DNA of 56,062 nucleotides, counting the filler, from Chthonomonadaceae bacterium (lineage in GTDB: Bacteria > Armatimonadota > Chthonomonadetes > Chthonomonadales > Chthonomonadaceae), in assembly GCA_035650735.1 (NCBI GenBank). It is 3 parts of 3 records of this genome, joined end to end, with 100 filler letters (N's around TTAATTAATTAA, not from the genome) between each part and the next. Parts side by side here need not be neighbours in the genome. Positions count along the whole stretch, not along the records: positions 38,584 to 56,062 come from DASRGZ010000209.1; 2 more parts are not named here. The stretch is one strand, 5' to 3'. Under the pieces are notes generated by a model that was given only the letters and a program-made list of their open reading frames with translations, did not search any database and had not been told where the DNA came from. Position 1 is the stretch's first letter; each line of letters opens with the position of its first letter. The position numbers were made by a program, and so were the translations under genes. This document shows positions 44,332-53,827 of the stretch, piece after piece.

Positions 44332-45360
44332 ATGCGCCTCGACGGCCAGACCGTTCTCGTCACCGGCGGAACCGGCTCATTCGGCAAAAAGTTTATCGAG
44401 ATCGCCCTGCGCGAACACAACCCGCGCAAAGTGATCGTGTTCAGCCGCGATGAACTCAAGCAGTTCGAGATGCAGCAGAGCCCGGCTTTCCAGGACGCAC
44501 GCCTGCGCTTCTTCCTGGGCGACGTGCGCGATGCCGACCGCCTGCGCCGCGCCTTTAACGACGTAGACATCGTCGTCCATGCGGCGGCTTTGAAGCAGGT
44601 TCCCGCCGCCGAATATAACCCGTTCGAGGCCATCAAGACCAACGTGTTCGGCGCGCAGAATATCATAGACGCCGCCATTGATCGGGGCGTTCGGCGCGTC
44701 ATCGCCCTCTCCACCGACAAGGCCGCCAATCCCATCAACCTCTACGGCGCGACCAAGCTCTGTTCGGATAAGCTGTTCATTGCCGGCAACGCCTACACGG
44801 GCGGCGGGGAGACCCGCTTCAGCGTGGTGCGCTACGGCAACGTCCTCGGCTCGCGCGGGAGCGTCCTGCCGCTCTTTCTCAAGCAGCGCCAGACCGGGGT
44901 GATCACGCTCACCGACCCGCGCATGACCCGCTTCTGGATCACGCTGGAACAGGGTGCACGCTTTGTGCTCAAGGCGCTGGAGACGATGCACGGGGGCGAG
45001 CTTTACGTCCCTAAAATTCCCAGCATGACGATGCGCGACATGGCCTGCGCGGTTGCGCCCGAATGCCGCCAGGAGATCATCGGCATTCGGCCCGGCGAGA
45101 AGCTGCACGAGGTCATGATCCCGGAGGACGAGGCACACCGCACCCTGGATTGCGGGGATTACTATGTCCTTCAGCCTGCGTGCGGGTGGTGGAGCGTGGA
45201 CTGGGCGCAGCGGCATGGCGGGCAGCCCGTGCCGGAGGACTTCCGCTACGCCAGCGACACCAACGATCACTGGCTCTCGATAGAGGAGCTGCGGCGGCTG
45301 GCACACGCCATGTTCCCGGAGGCCGGCCTGCTGCCCGCCCTGCAAGTTCGGGCCGCGTAA
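44332..45360 (+). CDS. pseB: UDP-GlcNAc 4,6-dehydratase (inverting)
   Basis: TGGTGSFG, FSRDELKQ, HAAALKQVPAAEYNP, STDKAANPINLYGATK, GIRPGEKLHE. Confidence 0.93.
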   Translation: MRLDGQTVLVTGGTGSFGKKFIEIALREHNPRKVIVFSRDELKQFEMQQSPAFQDARLRFFLGDVRDADRLRRAFNDVDIVVHAAALKQVPAAEYNPFEAIKTNVFGAQNIIDAAIDRGVRRVIALSTDKAANPINLYGATKLCSDKLFIAGNAYTGGGETRFSVVRYGNVLGSRGSVLPLFLKQRQTGVITLTDPRMTRFWITLEQGARFVLKALETMHGGELYVPKIPSMTMRDMACAVAPECRQEIIGIRPGEKLHEVMIPEDEAHRTLDCGDYYVLQPACGWWSVDWAQRHGGQPVPEDFRYASDTNDHWLSIEELRRLAHAMFPEAGLLPALQVRAA

Positions 45361-45363
45361 TTA

Positions 45364-45671
45364 TTACCTAACCCCCTTCCGGCAGGCTAAACCCTGCCGC
45401 TGTGGAGCCTACGGCCCGCTGCCTGCCTACGCAGGCAGAGACAAAGCTGGCTTCTGCTCTCCCTTCTCCCGTGCAGGGAGAAGGGCCGGGGAGGAGGGGA
45501 GATAAAAGAGAACCGAAGAACCTGGGAGTAAGACCGCTCCCCTCTCCTTTAGAAGGAGAGGGGACGGGGGTGAGGTTTATTGGGGATGAGGGGAGATAAG
45601 GCAGAACCGAAGAACCTGGGAGGAAGAGAGGCTCCCCTCTCCTTCGCAAGGAGAGGGGACGGGGGTGAGGT
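45364..45671. repeat. Composite hairpin element, copy 4 (inverted, last module duplicated)
   Basis: Near-identical to 41993-42207 plus a second GGGGAGATAA...GAACCGAAGAACCTGG...GGGGTGAGGT module. Confidence 0.85.
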
Positions 45672-45711
45672 CTCTTGAGGTGTAGACCCCTAATCGGGCG
45701 AGATTGGCGCA

Positions 45712-46890
45712 ATGAACGACTTTATCCATTACGGCAGGCAGTGGATTGACGAGGATGATATAGAGGCGGTCGTGGAAGCGCTGCGCTCCGACTGGCTGAC
45801 GACCGGGCCGCGCGTGGAGGCGTTTGAAGAGGCGTTTGCGGCGGCAGTCGGGGCGCGCTACGCGGTGGCCGTCTCCAGCGGGACGGCGGCGCTGCACCTG
45901 GCCTGCCTGGCAGCGGGCATCGGACCGGGTTCCGAGGCCATCACCTCGCCCATCACCTTCGTCGCTACCGCCAACGCGCCGCTTTACTGCGGCAGCCAGC
46001 CGGTCTTTGCCGACGTGTGCGGCGACACGGTTAACCTGGACCCGGAGCAGGCGCAGGCCCGGCTGACCTTCCGAACTTCCGCCCTCCTCCCCGTCCATTT
46101 CGGCGGGCACGCCTGCGATATGCCGGTGCTGCGGGCCATCGCGGATCGGCATGGCCTGGCGGTGATCGAGGATGCCTGCCATGCCCTGGGCGCCCAGACG
46201 CCCGAAGGCATTGTGGGCGATTGCCGCTACAGCGATATGACCGTCTTCAGCATGCACCCGGTTAAAGCGATTGCGACCGGCGAGGGCGGCATGATCACCA
46301 CCAATCGCCCTGCCCTCAACGACCGGCTGCGCCTGCTGCGCTCGCACGGCATCACCCGCGCGCCGGAGCGCCTGACATGCGAGGAGGGCGGCTGGTACTA
46401 TGAGATGCAGGCCCTCGGCTATAACTACCGCCTCTCCGATATACAGTGCGCGCTCGGCCACAGCCAACTCAAGAAGCTGGCCACCTTTATCACCCGCCGA
46501 CGCGAGATCGCTGCGCGCTACACCGCCGCTTTTGCCGACCTGCCTGACCTGCGCCTGCCGGTGGAGCGCGCGGGGCACCGGTCGGCCTGGCATCTTTACG
46601 TCGTGCGCTTTCCCGGTATCCAGGCGGGCGCGCGGCGTTGGGTGTTCGATAGGCTTCGCGCCGCGAACCTGGGCGTCAACGTTCACTATATTCCGGTCTA
46701 CCGGCAGCCCTACTACCGCGATAACTTCCCGTTTCCGCCCGGCCTCTGCCCGAATGCCGAGCGCTACTATCGGGAGGCGATCACGCTGCCGCTCTATCCG
46801 GGGATGACCGACGCCCAGGTCGAGTACGTCATTGCCACGGTGCGCCGCGTCGCCCTGGAACTCCAGGAGACGCTGGCGCGCGCCGCATGA
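45712..46890 (+). CDS. pseC: PseC-type PLP-dependent sugar aminotransferase (DegT family)
   Basis: YGRQWIDEDDI, SDWLTTGP, IEDACHALG, SMHPVKAIATGEGG, GYNYRLSDIQCALG. Confidence 0.9.
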   Translation: MNDFIHYGRQWIDEDDIEAVVEALRSDWLTTGPRVEAFEEAFAAAVGARYAVAVSSGTAALHLACLAAGIGPGSEAITSPITFVATANAPLYCGSQPVFADVCGDTVNLDPEQAQARLTFRTSALLPVHFGGHACDMPVLRAIADRHGLAVIEDACHALGAQTPEGIVGDCRYSDMTVFSMHPVKAIATGEGGMITTNRPALNDRLRLLRSHGITRAPERLTCEEGGWYYEMQALGYNYRLSDIQCALGHSQLKKLATFITRRREIAARYTAAFADLPDLRLPVERAGHRSAWHLYVVRFPGIQAGARRWVFDRLRAANLGVNVHYIPVYRQPYYRDNFPFPPGLCPNAERYYREAITLPLYPGMTDAQVEYVIATVRRVALELQETLARAA

Positions 46891-47066
46891 ACAGAGAGCA
46901 ACCGGTTCCTGGTGACACGCTTTTGCACAGACCGTTGCCCTGTGGATTTGCAAGCAAGCCTTCCATGCGCGGAGCACACCTCTCGCATGAAACGGCCTCT
47001 CCCCTCCCCTAGAATTGGGGGAGGGGTAAGGGGTGGGGGCTATTTCTCCTTATGAGGAAAAGAGGA

Positions 47067-47759
47067 ATGTCGGAACGAGTGCTGGTCGTCGCGGCGCACC
47101 CCGACGATGAGATATTAGGCTGCGGCGCGACGATGGCGCGGCATAGTCAGGAGGGGGATAGCGTCTTTATCGCTATTCTGGGCGAGGGCATCACCTCCCG
47201 CGACGATTGCCGTGAACACGGCCTGGACCCGCGCGCCCTGCGCGAGCTCAAGGAGGACGCGCGCCAGGCCGGAGAGATCGTGGGCGCGCAGCAGGTCTTT
47301 ACGTTTGACCTGCCGGATAACCGCTTCGATTCGCTCGATCTGCTGGATGTGGTCAAAATCATAGAGCGCCTGAAGATGATGACCCAGCCCACGGTGGTCT
47401 ATACCCACCACGCTGGCGACCTCAACATAGACCACACGATCACCCAGCGGGCCGTGCTGACGGCGTTCCGTCCGCTGGATAGCCATCAGCCGCGCGCCAT
47501 TTACGCCTTCGAGGTTCCCTCGGCGACAGGCTGGAACGCGCCGACCCCGGAAAACGGGTTCTGGCCGACCCACTATGTGCAGGTGGAGGAGACGCTCCCA
47601 ACCAAGATCGCCGCGATGGAAGCCTACCGCAGCGAGCGCCGACGTTGGCCGCATCCTCGCTCGCCCCGCGCCCTGGAGGTCTGGGCGCAGCGGCGCGGCC
47701 TGGAGGTCGGGCTGGAAGCCGCCGAAGCCTTCGTCCCCCTCCGCACCCTCTGCCGTTAA
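47067..47759 (+). CDS. PIG-L/LmbE family N-deacetylase
   Basis: AAHPDDE, DNRFDS, DLNIDH, WPHPRS. Confidence 0.9.
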   Translation: MSERVLVVAAHPDDEILGCGATMARHSQEGDSVFIAILGEGITSRDDCREHGLDPRALRELKEDARQAGEIVGAQQVFTFDLPDNRFDSLDLLDVVKIIERLKMMTQPTVVYTHHAGDLNIDHTITQRAVLTAFRPLDSHQPRAIYAFEVPSATGWNAPTPENGFWPTHYVQVEETLPTKIAAMEAYRSERRRWPHPRSPRALEVWAQRRGLEVGLEAAEAFVPLRTLCR

Positions 47760-47884
47760 AACATGTTGGCCCGACGTGGCGCCCCGCAGACAATAGAAAC
47801 GCTTCTCGAATCGGCACTTTTTGCCGTTAAAAACATCGGCCCAGCCTTCAAAAATGGGCTGCGCAGAAGGCCGGGCCGAACCCC

Positions 47885-48466
47885 TTACGCCGTTTGGGAT
47901 AGGTCGGGCCGGCGGATGTCCCAGGGGTCGAAGCCCTCCAGATGCCAGAATGCCTCCAGGCCGATGCGCCCTATCAGCTCGACCTCGCCCGCGTAGATCG
48001 GATACATCCCGACGATAAAGACGGTCTTATCCGGCAGTTGAATCGTCGCCTGTTCTTTGCTGAGGAAGCTAGCGGAGGTAGAGGGCGCAAAGACGAGAAA
48101 GGCCGACATCTCCGACTCGCTGGAGATCCCTCCTGGCATGGAGAGAACATCGCCATAGCGAAAGGGACATTCGCCCCGGAACGTCTCCGCGATAGCCGCC
48201 ACCGCCTCTCCCCATATCTCATCGCCGGTATTGACGCAAATCAGCAGCTCGGGCTTGCCGTATTTCCAATCCGGGTGATCGGCAAGCGATAGGCCATAGG
48301 TGACCGCGGTGGTACTGCCCGGCTCCGGCACATCGTGGAAAAAGATGGCATGGAGGGGCGGCATTCCGGGCAGGCTGGCATCTATCCGGCTGAAGGAGGA
48401 GGCCTCCTTGCCAAACAGCGCCTCAAAGTGCGTCAGAACTATCTCCTCATTGGATCGCATCGCCAT
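47885..48466 (-). CDS. Suppressor-of-fused (SUFU)-domain protein
   Basis: TAVTYGLS, KPELLI, MYPIYAGE, FDPWDIRRP. Confidence 0.75.
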   Translation of the reverse strand: MAMRSNEEIVLTHFEALFGKEASSFSRIDASLPGMPPLHAIFFHDVPEPGSTTAVTYGLSLADHPDWKYGKPELLICVNTGDEIWGEAVAAIAETFRGECPFRYGDVLSMPGGISSESEMSAFLVFAPSTSASFLSKEQATIQLPDKTVFIVGMYPIYAGEVELIGRIGLEAFWHLEGFDPWDIRRPDLSQTA

Positions 48467-48500
48467 CCCTTCTTAACCCGCCGTTTCCCGGTTTCTAATT

Positions 48501-48867
48501 TTACGGCGGAACTCCGGAAGCAGAAACCACCAGACCTAGAATGCCAGCGATAGCCTGTTCAACGTTGGCAAAATCAGCGGCGGATAGAGTGCCTAATTTG
48601 CGAATGATGTCCGCTTTGTCCACCGTCGCTAATACGCCGCGTACCGCCGAGGCCTTAAGCAGCCCCGCCGCGCTCCAATCGCTGAGGAGCGTATCGCCCG
48701 GACGGAACGGAGGGGCTATGTTGCCGGTAATAGCGGCGACTATGAGCTTGATACCGGCAGTGTTAAAGTGTCCGTACTGATGACGACCGCAGGCCGGCGC
48801 TTGCTGCCTGTAGAACCGCTGAAGGCAATATCTACGAGGATGACATCGCCCCGTTATAGTTTGTCAT
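48501..48867 (-). pseudogene. mazF: PemK/MazF toxin with two single-base frameshifts
   Basis: Manual translation: MTNY/RGDVILVDIAFSGSTGSKRRPAVVISTDT/NTAGIKLIVAAITGN...DWSAAGLLKASAVR...IIRKLGTLSAADFANVEQAIAGILGL; shifts near 48854 and 48766. Confidence 0.85.
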
Positions 48868-49156
48868 AGGCAGCGTCTTCCTCGTCATCCCATACGGCGC
48901 GTAAGGCGGGAGCGGAAGCAGCCAACCAGTCGGCTATCTGGCGGGATTCGGTCTCAGTGTCCATAGCAGAGAGATTAAGAAGCGCGGCCCCCAGGATGCG
49001 CCACCGCCGCCCTATCTTCACGCCCTGCGCCTGTCCGAATCGCAGCATCTGCAAGACCTGCTGCCGTGAAATACGGAGCAGTTGCGCCGCTTCTTCTACT
49101 GTGTAGTAAACGTTGGGCTGGATAGCCAGCGATTCCCATTTTGCCGGTTGGCTCAC
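48854..49156 (-). CDS. Putative antitoxin: excisionase-type HTH plus acidic tail
   Basis: YYTVEEAAQLLRIS...GVKIGRRWRI; tail WDDEEDAAYDKL; overlaps the mazF start. Confidence 0.78.
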   Translation of the reverse strand: MSQPAKWESLAIQPNVYYTVEEAAQLLRISRQQVLQMLRFGQAQGVKIGRRWRILGAALLNLSAMDTETESRQIADWLAASAPALRAVWDDEEDAAYDKL

Positions 49157-49191
49157 TTCCTTACCTCTTCAACAATTGCCATTTCACCCTA

Positions 49192-51006
49192 TCACCGGTA
49201 GAGCGGGCCAAAAGCGGCGCAGGCGCGATAGTCGGCGGATTGCGGCTCCTGCGTACCGAAGCGCGCCCAGGCGCTCGGACGGAACACGCGCTCGTCCGGG
49301 ACGTTGTGCATATCCACCGGGATGCGCAGGATGGAAGCCAGCGAGATCAGGTCGCCGCCAATGTGTCCATAGCAGATAGCCCCGTGATTCGCGCCCCAGT
49401 TGTTCATGACGGTGTAGACATCCTTGAACGCGCCCTGCTCGGTCAGATTGGGCACGAACCAGGTCGTCGGCCAGGTCGGATTAGTGCGCTCGTCTAAGGT
49501 GCGATGCACCTCTTCCGGCAAGTCCACCGTGTACCCTTCCGCGATCTGGAGCGCCGGCCCCAGCCCCTTGACCAGATTGATCCGGCACATCGTCACCGGC
49601 ATGCCGCCGCGCGTCGTAAAGTCGGTGGACCAGCCGCCGCCGGGGAAGTATTCCACCATGGAGGGGTACCAGCGCGTGGCATCCAGGCACTTGCCCGCCT
49701 CCTCCGCCGTGATCTCCCAGAACGGCTTGACGGCGGGCTGCCCGTCGCGGGCCGCCTCGCCCGTCCAATCCAGCGCGGACGGCCCGGAGTTGATAAGATG
49801 CAGGATGCCGCCTTCTGCCCTGCCGGTGAGCGTGTGGCCCGTGACGCGCTTGACCGCCTCCGGACTCCAGTAGGTGCGCACGTCGGAGAAAAGCTGGGCC
49901 GTGCCGGTGAGCAGGTGGCCGAAGAGCATGGACGCGCCGTTGAGCGAATCGTTCTCGGTGGCGACGATGTAGGGCTGGCGGATGCCGTTCCAGTCGAAGG
50001 AGGTGCAGAGAATAGCTTCTAAGAAGTCGCCGTTGGGGAAGTGGTCGGTCCACTGCCGCTGTCCCTGGAAGCCGCCCGCCAGCGCGTTGTGCCCCCTGGC
50101 CTCTTCCTTAAAACCCAGATCGGCCAGCTTGGGGTTGCCCACCATCAGGTCGCGGGCGATGAGCGCCATTTTCACGCTAGTTTCCCAATCTTTGTCCTTC
50201 TGCTCCCGGGAGCGCTGCTTTTCGGGCCGGTTCCAGTCCTGGCCTTCCGGGCAGTTCTCTCGCACCCAGGCCAGCGCGCGCCGATACTCGTCCCGGTCAT
50301 AGATTTCACGCTCCATGCGGCGGACGAACTCCGACATGTCTATCGTCTCGACGCGCATCCCCAGGTAGTCCTGGAAGAAGCTGTCGTTGACGATGGAGCC
50401 GGCGATGCCCATGGAGACGCCGCCCATCGCTAGGTAGGCCGTGCCGCGCATGGTGGCGGCGGCCAACCCTGCCTTCGCAAACTGTAAGAGCTTCTGCTGC
50501 ACGTCTGCGGGGATGGCGGTATCGCCTGCGTCTTGCACGTCGCGCCCGTAGATACCGAAAGCGGGCAGCCCTTTCTGGCTATGCCCGGCCAGCGCCGCCG
50601 CCAGGTAGACCGCGCCGGGCCGCTCCGTGCCGTTAAAGCCCCAGATGGCCTTCGGGATCAGCGGGTCCATGTCTATAGTTTCCGAGCCGTAGCACCAGCA
50701 GGGCGTAATGGTGAGCGAGACGCCCACGCCCTCACGCGCAAACTTCTCGGCGCACGCCGCCGCCTCCGCAAAGCCGCCGATGCAGGTATCGGCTATCACG
50801 CACTCGACGGGCAGCCCGCAGGCGTGCCGCAGGTTCTCCGAGAGGAACGCGGCGGTCGCCTGCGCCATTCCTATCACCTGCCCTTCCAGCGATTCGCGCA
50901 CGCCGCCATAGCGTCCATCAATGGTGGGGCGAATGCCGATCTTAGGCAAGGAACCGCGCAGCCGGTTCACCGGCGCGTTGACTTGCATGTTGCCAACGTT
51001 TGCCAT
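49192..51006 (-). CDS. fucI: L-fucose isomerase
   Basis: [47 protein letters not shown]. Confidence 0.97.
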   Translation of the reverse strand: MANVGNMQVNAPVNRLRGSLPKIGIRPTIDGRYGGVRESLEGQVIGMAQATAAFLSENLRHACGLPVECVIADTCIGGFAEAAACAEKFAREGVGVSLTITPCWCYGSETIDMDPLIPKAIWGFNGTERPGAVYLAAALAGHSQKGLPAFGIYGRDVQDAGDTAIPADVQQKLLQFAKAGLAAATMRGTAYLAMGGVSMGIAGSIVNDSFFQDYLGMRVETIDMSEFVRRMEREIYDRDEYRRALAWVRENCPEGQDWNRPEKQRSREQKDKDWETSVKMALIARDLMVGNPKLADLGFKEEARGHNALAGGFQGQRQWTDHFPNGDFLEAILCTSFDWNGIRQPYIVATENDSLNGASMLFGHLLTGTAQLFSDVRTYWSPEAVKRVTGHTLTGRAEGGILHLINSGPSALDWTGEAARDGQPAVKPFWEITAEEAGKCLDATRWYPSMVEYFPGGGWSTDFTTRGGMPVTMCRINLVKGLGPALQIAEGYTVDLPEEVHRTLDERTNPTWPTTWFVPNLTEQGAFKDVYTVMNNWGANHGAICYGHIGGDLISLASILRIPVDMHNVPDERVFRPSAWARFGTQEPQSADYRACAAFGPLYR

Positions 51007-51170
51007 CTGGCGTGTATCCTTTCATAGAGAGCAGGGCCGCGCCGCCCGCCGCTCTGAATTGGAAAGTTGTGGTCTGCCCCCTATTTCGCCAGAGACGCCG
51101 CATTTCCTATGCCCTTTTCATCTGGACGCCCTTTCACAGAGAGTATCCTGAAGTGGATCTTAGATCCGGT

Positions 51171-51965
51171 CTATTGCCCCACTGCCGCATGAGCGAACAC
51201 GGCCTCTAATCTGGTCGCGTGGAGGGTCATAACGTAGTGCTCCTCAGAAAAATCGGCGTCGCTATAGTTGCCGGTCACTTTTGTAACCTGGAATCCGACC
51301 CTTTCTAACATCACCGTCAATTCGTGCTTGAAGTACCAGCGTTCCGGCGAGGGACATAGCTGCTCCTCAAGTATCTGCTCACCTCGGAAGCGGCGATATC
51401 GCACGGTCAGTTGCAATAACTGCTCGATCAGGTCGCATTCCTCCACCCGCGCGTGCTTGGAAAGCTGTGAACCGTCCGGCAGCGTTTCCGTCGCGCGGTG
51501 CTTCCATTCCCTCGGCGTTTCCGTCTCCAACCCCTTCCAGTGATTGTAGCAGGTCAGGGCCAGAGTGCCGCCCGGTTCTAAATGCGCGTGGAGACGCCGC
51601 AAGGCTTCCCATTCTTCCTCACGGTCTATCACCAGTTGAAAGGTTCCGCAAGGAACAATAATCGTGCGGTACTTCCGGGGCAGATCGAGCGCCTGCATGG
51701 TCTGCTGATAAAGGATGAGATGCAGTTGCCGCTCTTCGGCGCGTCTGCGGCAGATCGCCAGCATATCCGCCGAAGGGTCAACCCCCTCCACCTCAAGCCC
51801 GCGCTGCAAATAGGGAATCAGCAGTCGGCCCGTGCCGCAGCCGATGTCGAGCGCCGGGCCGGGGTTCTGCTCGATAATCCCCTGAAAGAAGGCATGGTCT
51901 GGCCCCGGCTCTTCTTCGGAAAATAGCTGCCAGGCAATGGCCGCGAGGCCGGTATAGTCTTCCAC
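51171..51965 (-). CDS. Class I SAM-dependent methyltransferase
   Basis: LDIGCGTGRLL, GVDPSADML, HLEPGG; SD AAGGAG before GTG. Confidence 0.9.
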   Translation of the reverse strand: MEDYTGLAAIAWQLFSEEEPGPDHAFFQGIIEQNPGPALDIGCGTGRLLIPYLQRGLEVEGVDPSADMLAICRRRAEERQLHLILYQQTMQALDLPRKYRTIIVPCGTFQLVIDREEEWEALRRLHAHLEPGGTLALTCYNHWKGLETETPREWKHRATETLPDGSQLSKHARVEECDLIEQLLQLTVRYRRFRGEQILEEQLCPSPERWYFKHELTVMLERVGFQVTKVTGNYSDADFSEEHYVMTLHATRLEAVFAHAAVGQ

Positions 51966-52149
51966 AACGTTATCTCCTTTCTGAGAGGCAGCGCAAGGCA
52001 CGCTACCTAAACTGTGTCGCCGCGCGAGGCGAATCTGCTAAGGGCACGGAAGAACCCTGCCTCTGTCTTAGGGCCGTTTAATTTTCGGCAGCGGACGAAT
52101 GAATTCACGGCAACAAAGGCACAAACATGATCAAGCGGTTCGTAGTCCT

Positions 52150-52960
52150 TCATGGAGCACCTCCTTACCGAATTCGCGTTTCCCTCCCCGTTTGGGGCAG
52201 ACGCTCGTGGCGACGCACTGTCCAGGAGGGCTTGCTCCAAGAGTGTGTGGCCGCCTGGGGAGCGCGCCTGCGGCATATCTTCGACCGGGGCTTTGCCGGT
52301 TCGCCCTGGCTGGGCTTGCGGCTGGAGAACCAGGTAGGCTTTGTCCTGCGCGGGCCTAAAGGCTGGAGTTTGCAGGAGGGGCAGGGCCGAGTTCGCAAAG
52401 CCTGGCAGAGAGCCCGGGGCAAGCGCAGTTGGCAAAAGCAGCTGCGCTTTGATGCCAGGTGGCGCTGTCAGCGTCTGGTGGGGGGGGGCCGTGCCGGTAA
52501 GGCATCCCGGCTATCCCGACACGCCTCTGTGACGGGTGGTATCGCGCCCCGGCAAGCCGGGAATGGCTCCCTGGTACCTGCTGACCAATGCCCCCAAGAG
52601 AAGGCCGAAGCGGCCTGGAAGACGATCTTGGCGTAGGGACGCCGCTGGCAGATCGCGCCGAGGTTTGGTTACCCCACGAGTGAGTTAGCTAGGGAGAGCC
52701 CGCGTCTGTGGAGTTGGGAGGGGCGGGTGAAGTTGCTGTTGAGGGGCACGGGCTGCCATGGGTTCTTGCTTAGCTTGCTGCAAGCGTTCTTAGCGCCGCA
52801 GTGCTCAGGGCTGTTGGGTCCTTTCTGCCACCGCACCGGAGAGCGCAGCCAGGAGGTCCTGGACCTCCTGGCTGCGCTCTCCCGGTTGCGGGCGGCTTTA
52901 AGCCGTCTGTGGTTAGCCTATCCCGCCTCTGCCCAGGTAATCCCTCCCAACGGTGTTGAC
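52150..52960 (+). pseudogene. Degraded DDE transposase (IS4-like) relic
   Basis: Fragments in several frames: HIFDRGFAG, FVLR, PWYLLTN, RRWQI, SELARESPRLW, SRLWLAYP; multiple shifts and stops; boundaries approximate. Confidence 0.7.
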
Positions 52961-53184
52961 GTATCTCCTCAGCAGCAGGCTGCGTGAGATTGATCCACAC
53001 GGCTGGGAGTGTCTACCTCTGCCCAAGGGGTTAGGCAAAATTAGGGAGGACTCATATGAATTAAGCTGGAACAGCCCGCACTGCCCTTACCCACGCAGCG
53101 TTGCGCCCCTGCCCTGGCCCCTCTCCCTGTGCTTCCGCTGTGCGGTGGGACAAGGAGAAAAGGGATGAGGGGGCTTGCCCTGGC

Positions 53185-53484
53185 CTAAGCCCGCTCATCT
53201 ATAAGAACGGTGTAGCCTTGTAAATCCGGACCGGACAAAAGCAAATCCGCTGCCTGCTCATACGCCTGCTGTAGCACCGGATTGCTATGGGCGTTCTGCG
53301 CATCTTTAACACTCTCCCAGAATTCGATGGCCATGCTGAGATCGTCGTAGCTGTCATAGAGGACCTGCACGCCGCGAAAGCCTCTTTGCTGGCGCAGAGC
53401 GGGTAAGAGGGTCTCCTGCCAGAGCTTGAGCGCGGCTTGTTCGTAGCCGGGGTGCAGTTGCACGCGGGAAACCTGAGCAAACAT
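53185..53484 (-). CDS. ABM (antibiotic biosynthesis monooxygenase)-fold protein
   Basis: 99 aa; LPALRQQRGFRG...EFWES; SD AAGGAGGAGG. Confidence 0.75.
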   Translation of the reverse strand: MFAQVSRVQLHPGYEQAALKLWQETLLPALRQQRGFRGVQVLYDSYDDLSMAIEFWESVKDAQNAHSNPVLQQAYEQAADLLLSGPDLQGYTVLIDERA

Positions 53485-53742
53485 CCTGACCTCCTCCTTT
53501 CTAACTGCCTCATCTACTGCCCTGCACTTACCACCCGTGCCGCCCTTCCACTATAAATCACAGTTAGAGCGCTATTTTTGTCTCGGCTTCTAGCGGATAG
53601 GCCCCTTGCAGGCCATCCGGCGTATAGAGCCGGGAACGGCCTTGCAATGGAGCCTAACAAGAACTATGTTTCTATAGACGGGTAGTTTTCCCTTTTCGTT
53701 GCCGGAACCGGGCGTAATGGGGCATCCGCTGACTGGTAGAAT

Positions 53743-53771
53743 TTGACAAGGGGAAGGGGTTCCGTTACAAT
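53743..53771 (+). promoter_or_regulatory. Sigma70 promoter of the cyclase gene
   Basis: TTGACA-N17-TACAAT. Confidence 0.7.
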
Positions 53772-53827
53772 GGAGGCGGCGGGTTGTGCTGTTGGGAAGT
53801 TGGGGCGCTGTGCGGTGAGGGGCGAGA

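Noticed and set aside
21396..47759. Physical clustering of flagellin and pse genes
   Set aside because: They are on different contigs; only the shared promoter motif links them
47885..48466. SUFU protein as immunity gene of a polymorphic toxin locus
   Set aside because: No secreted toxin gene nearby; adjacency to the mazF pseudogene is not enough
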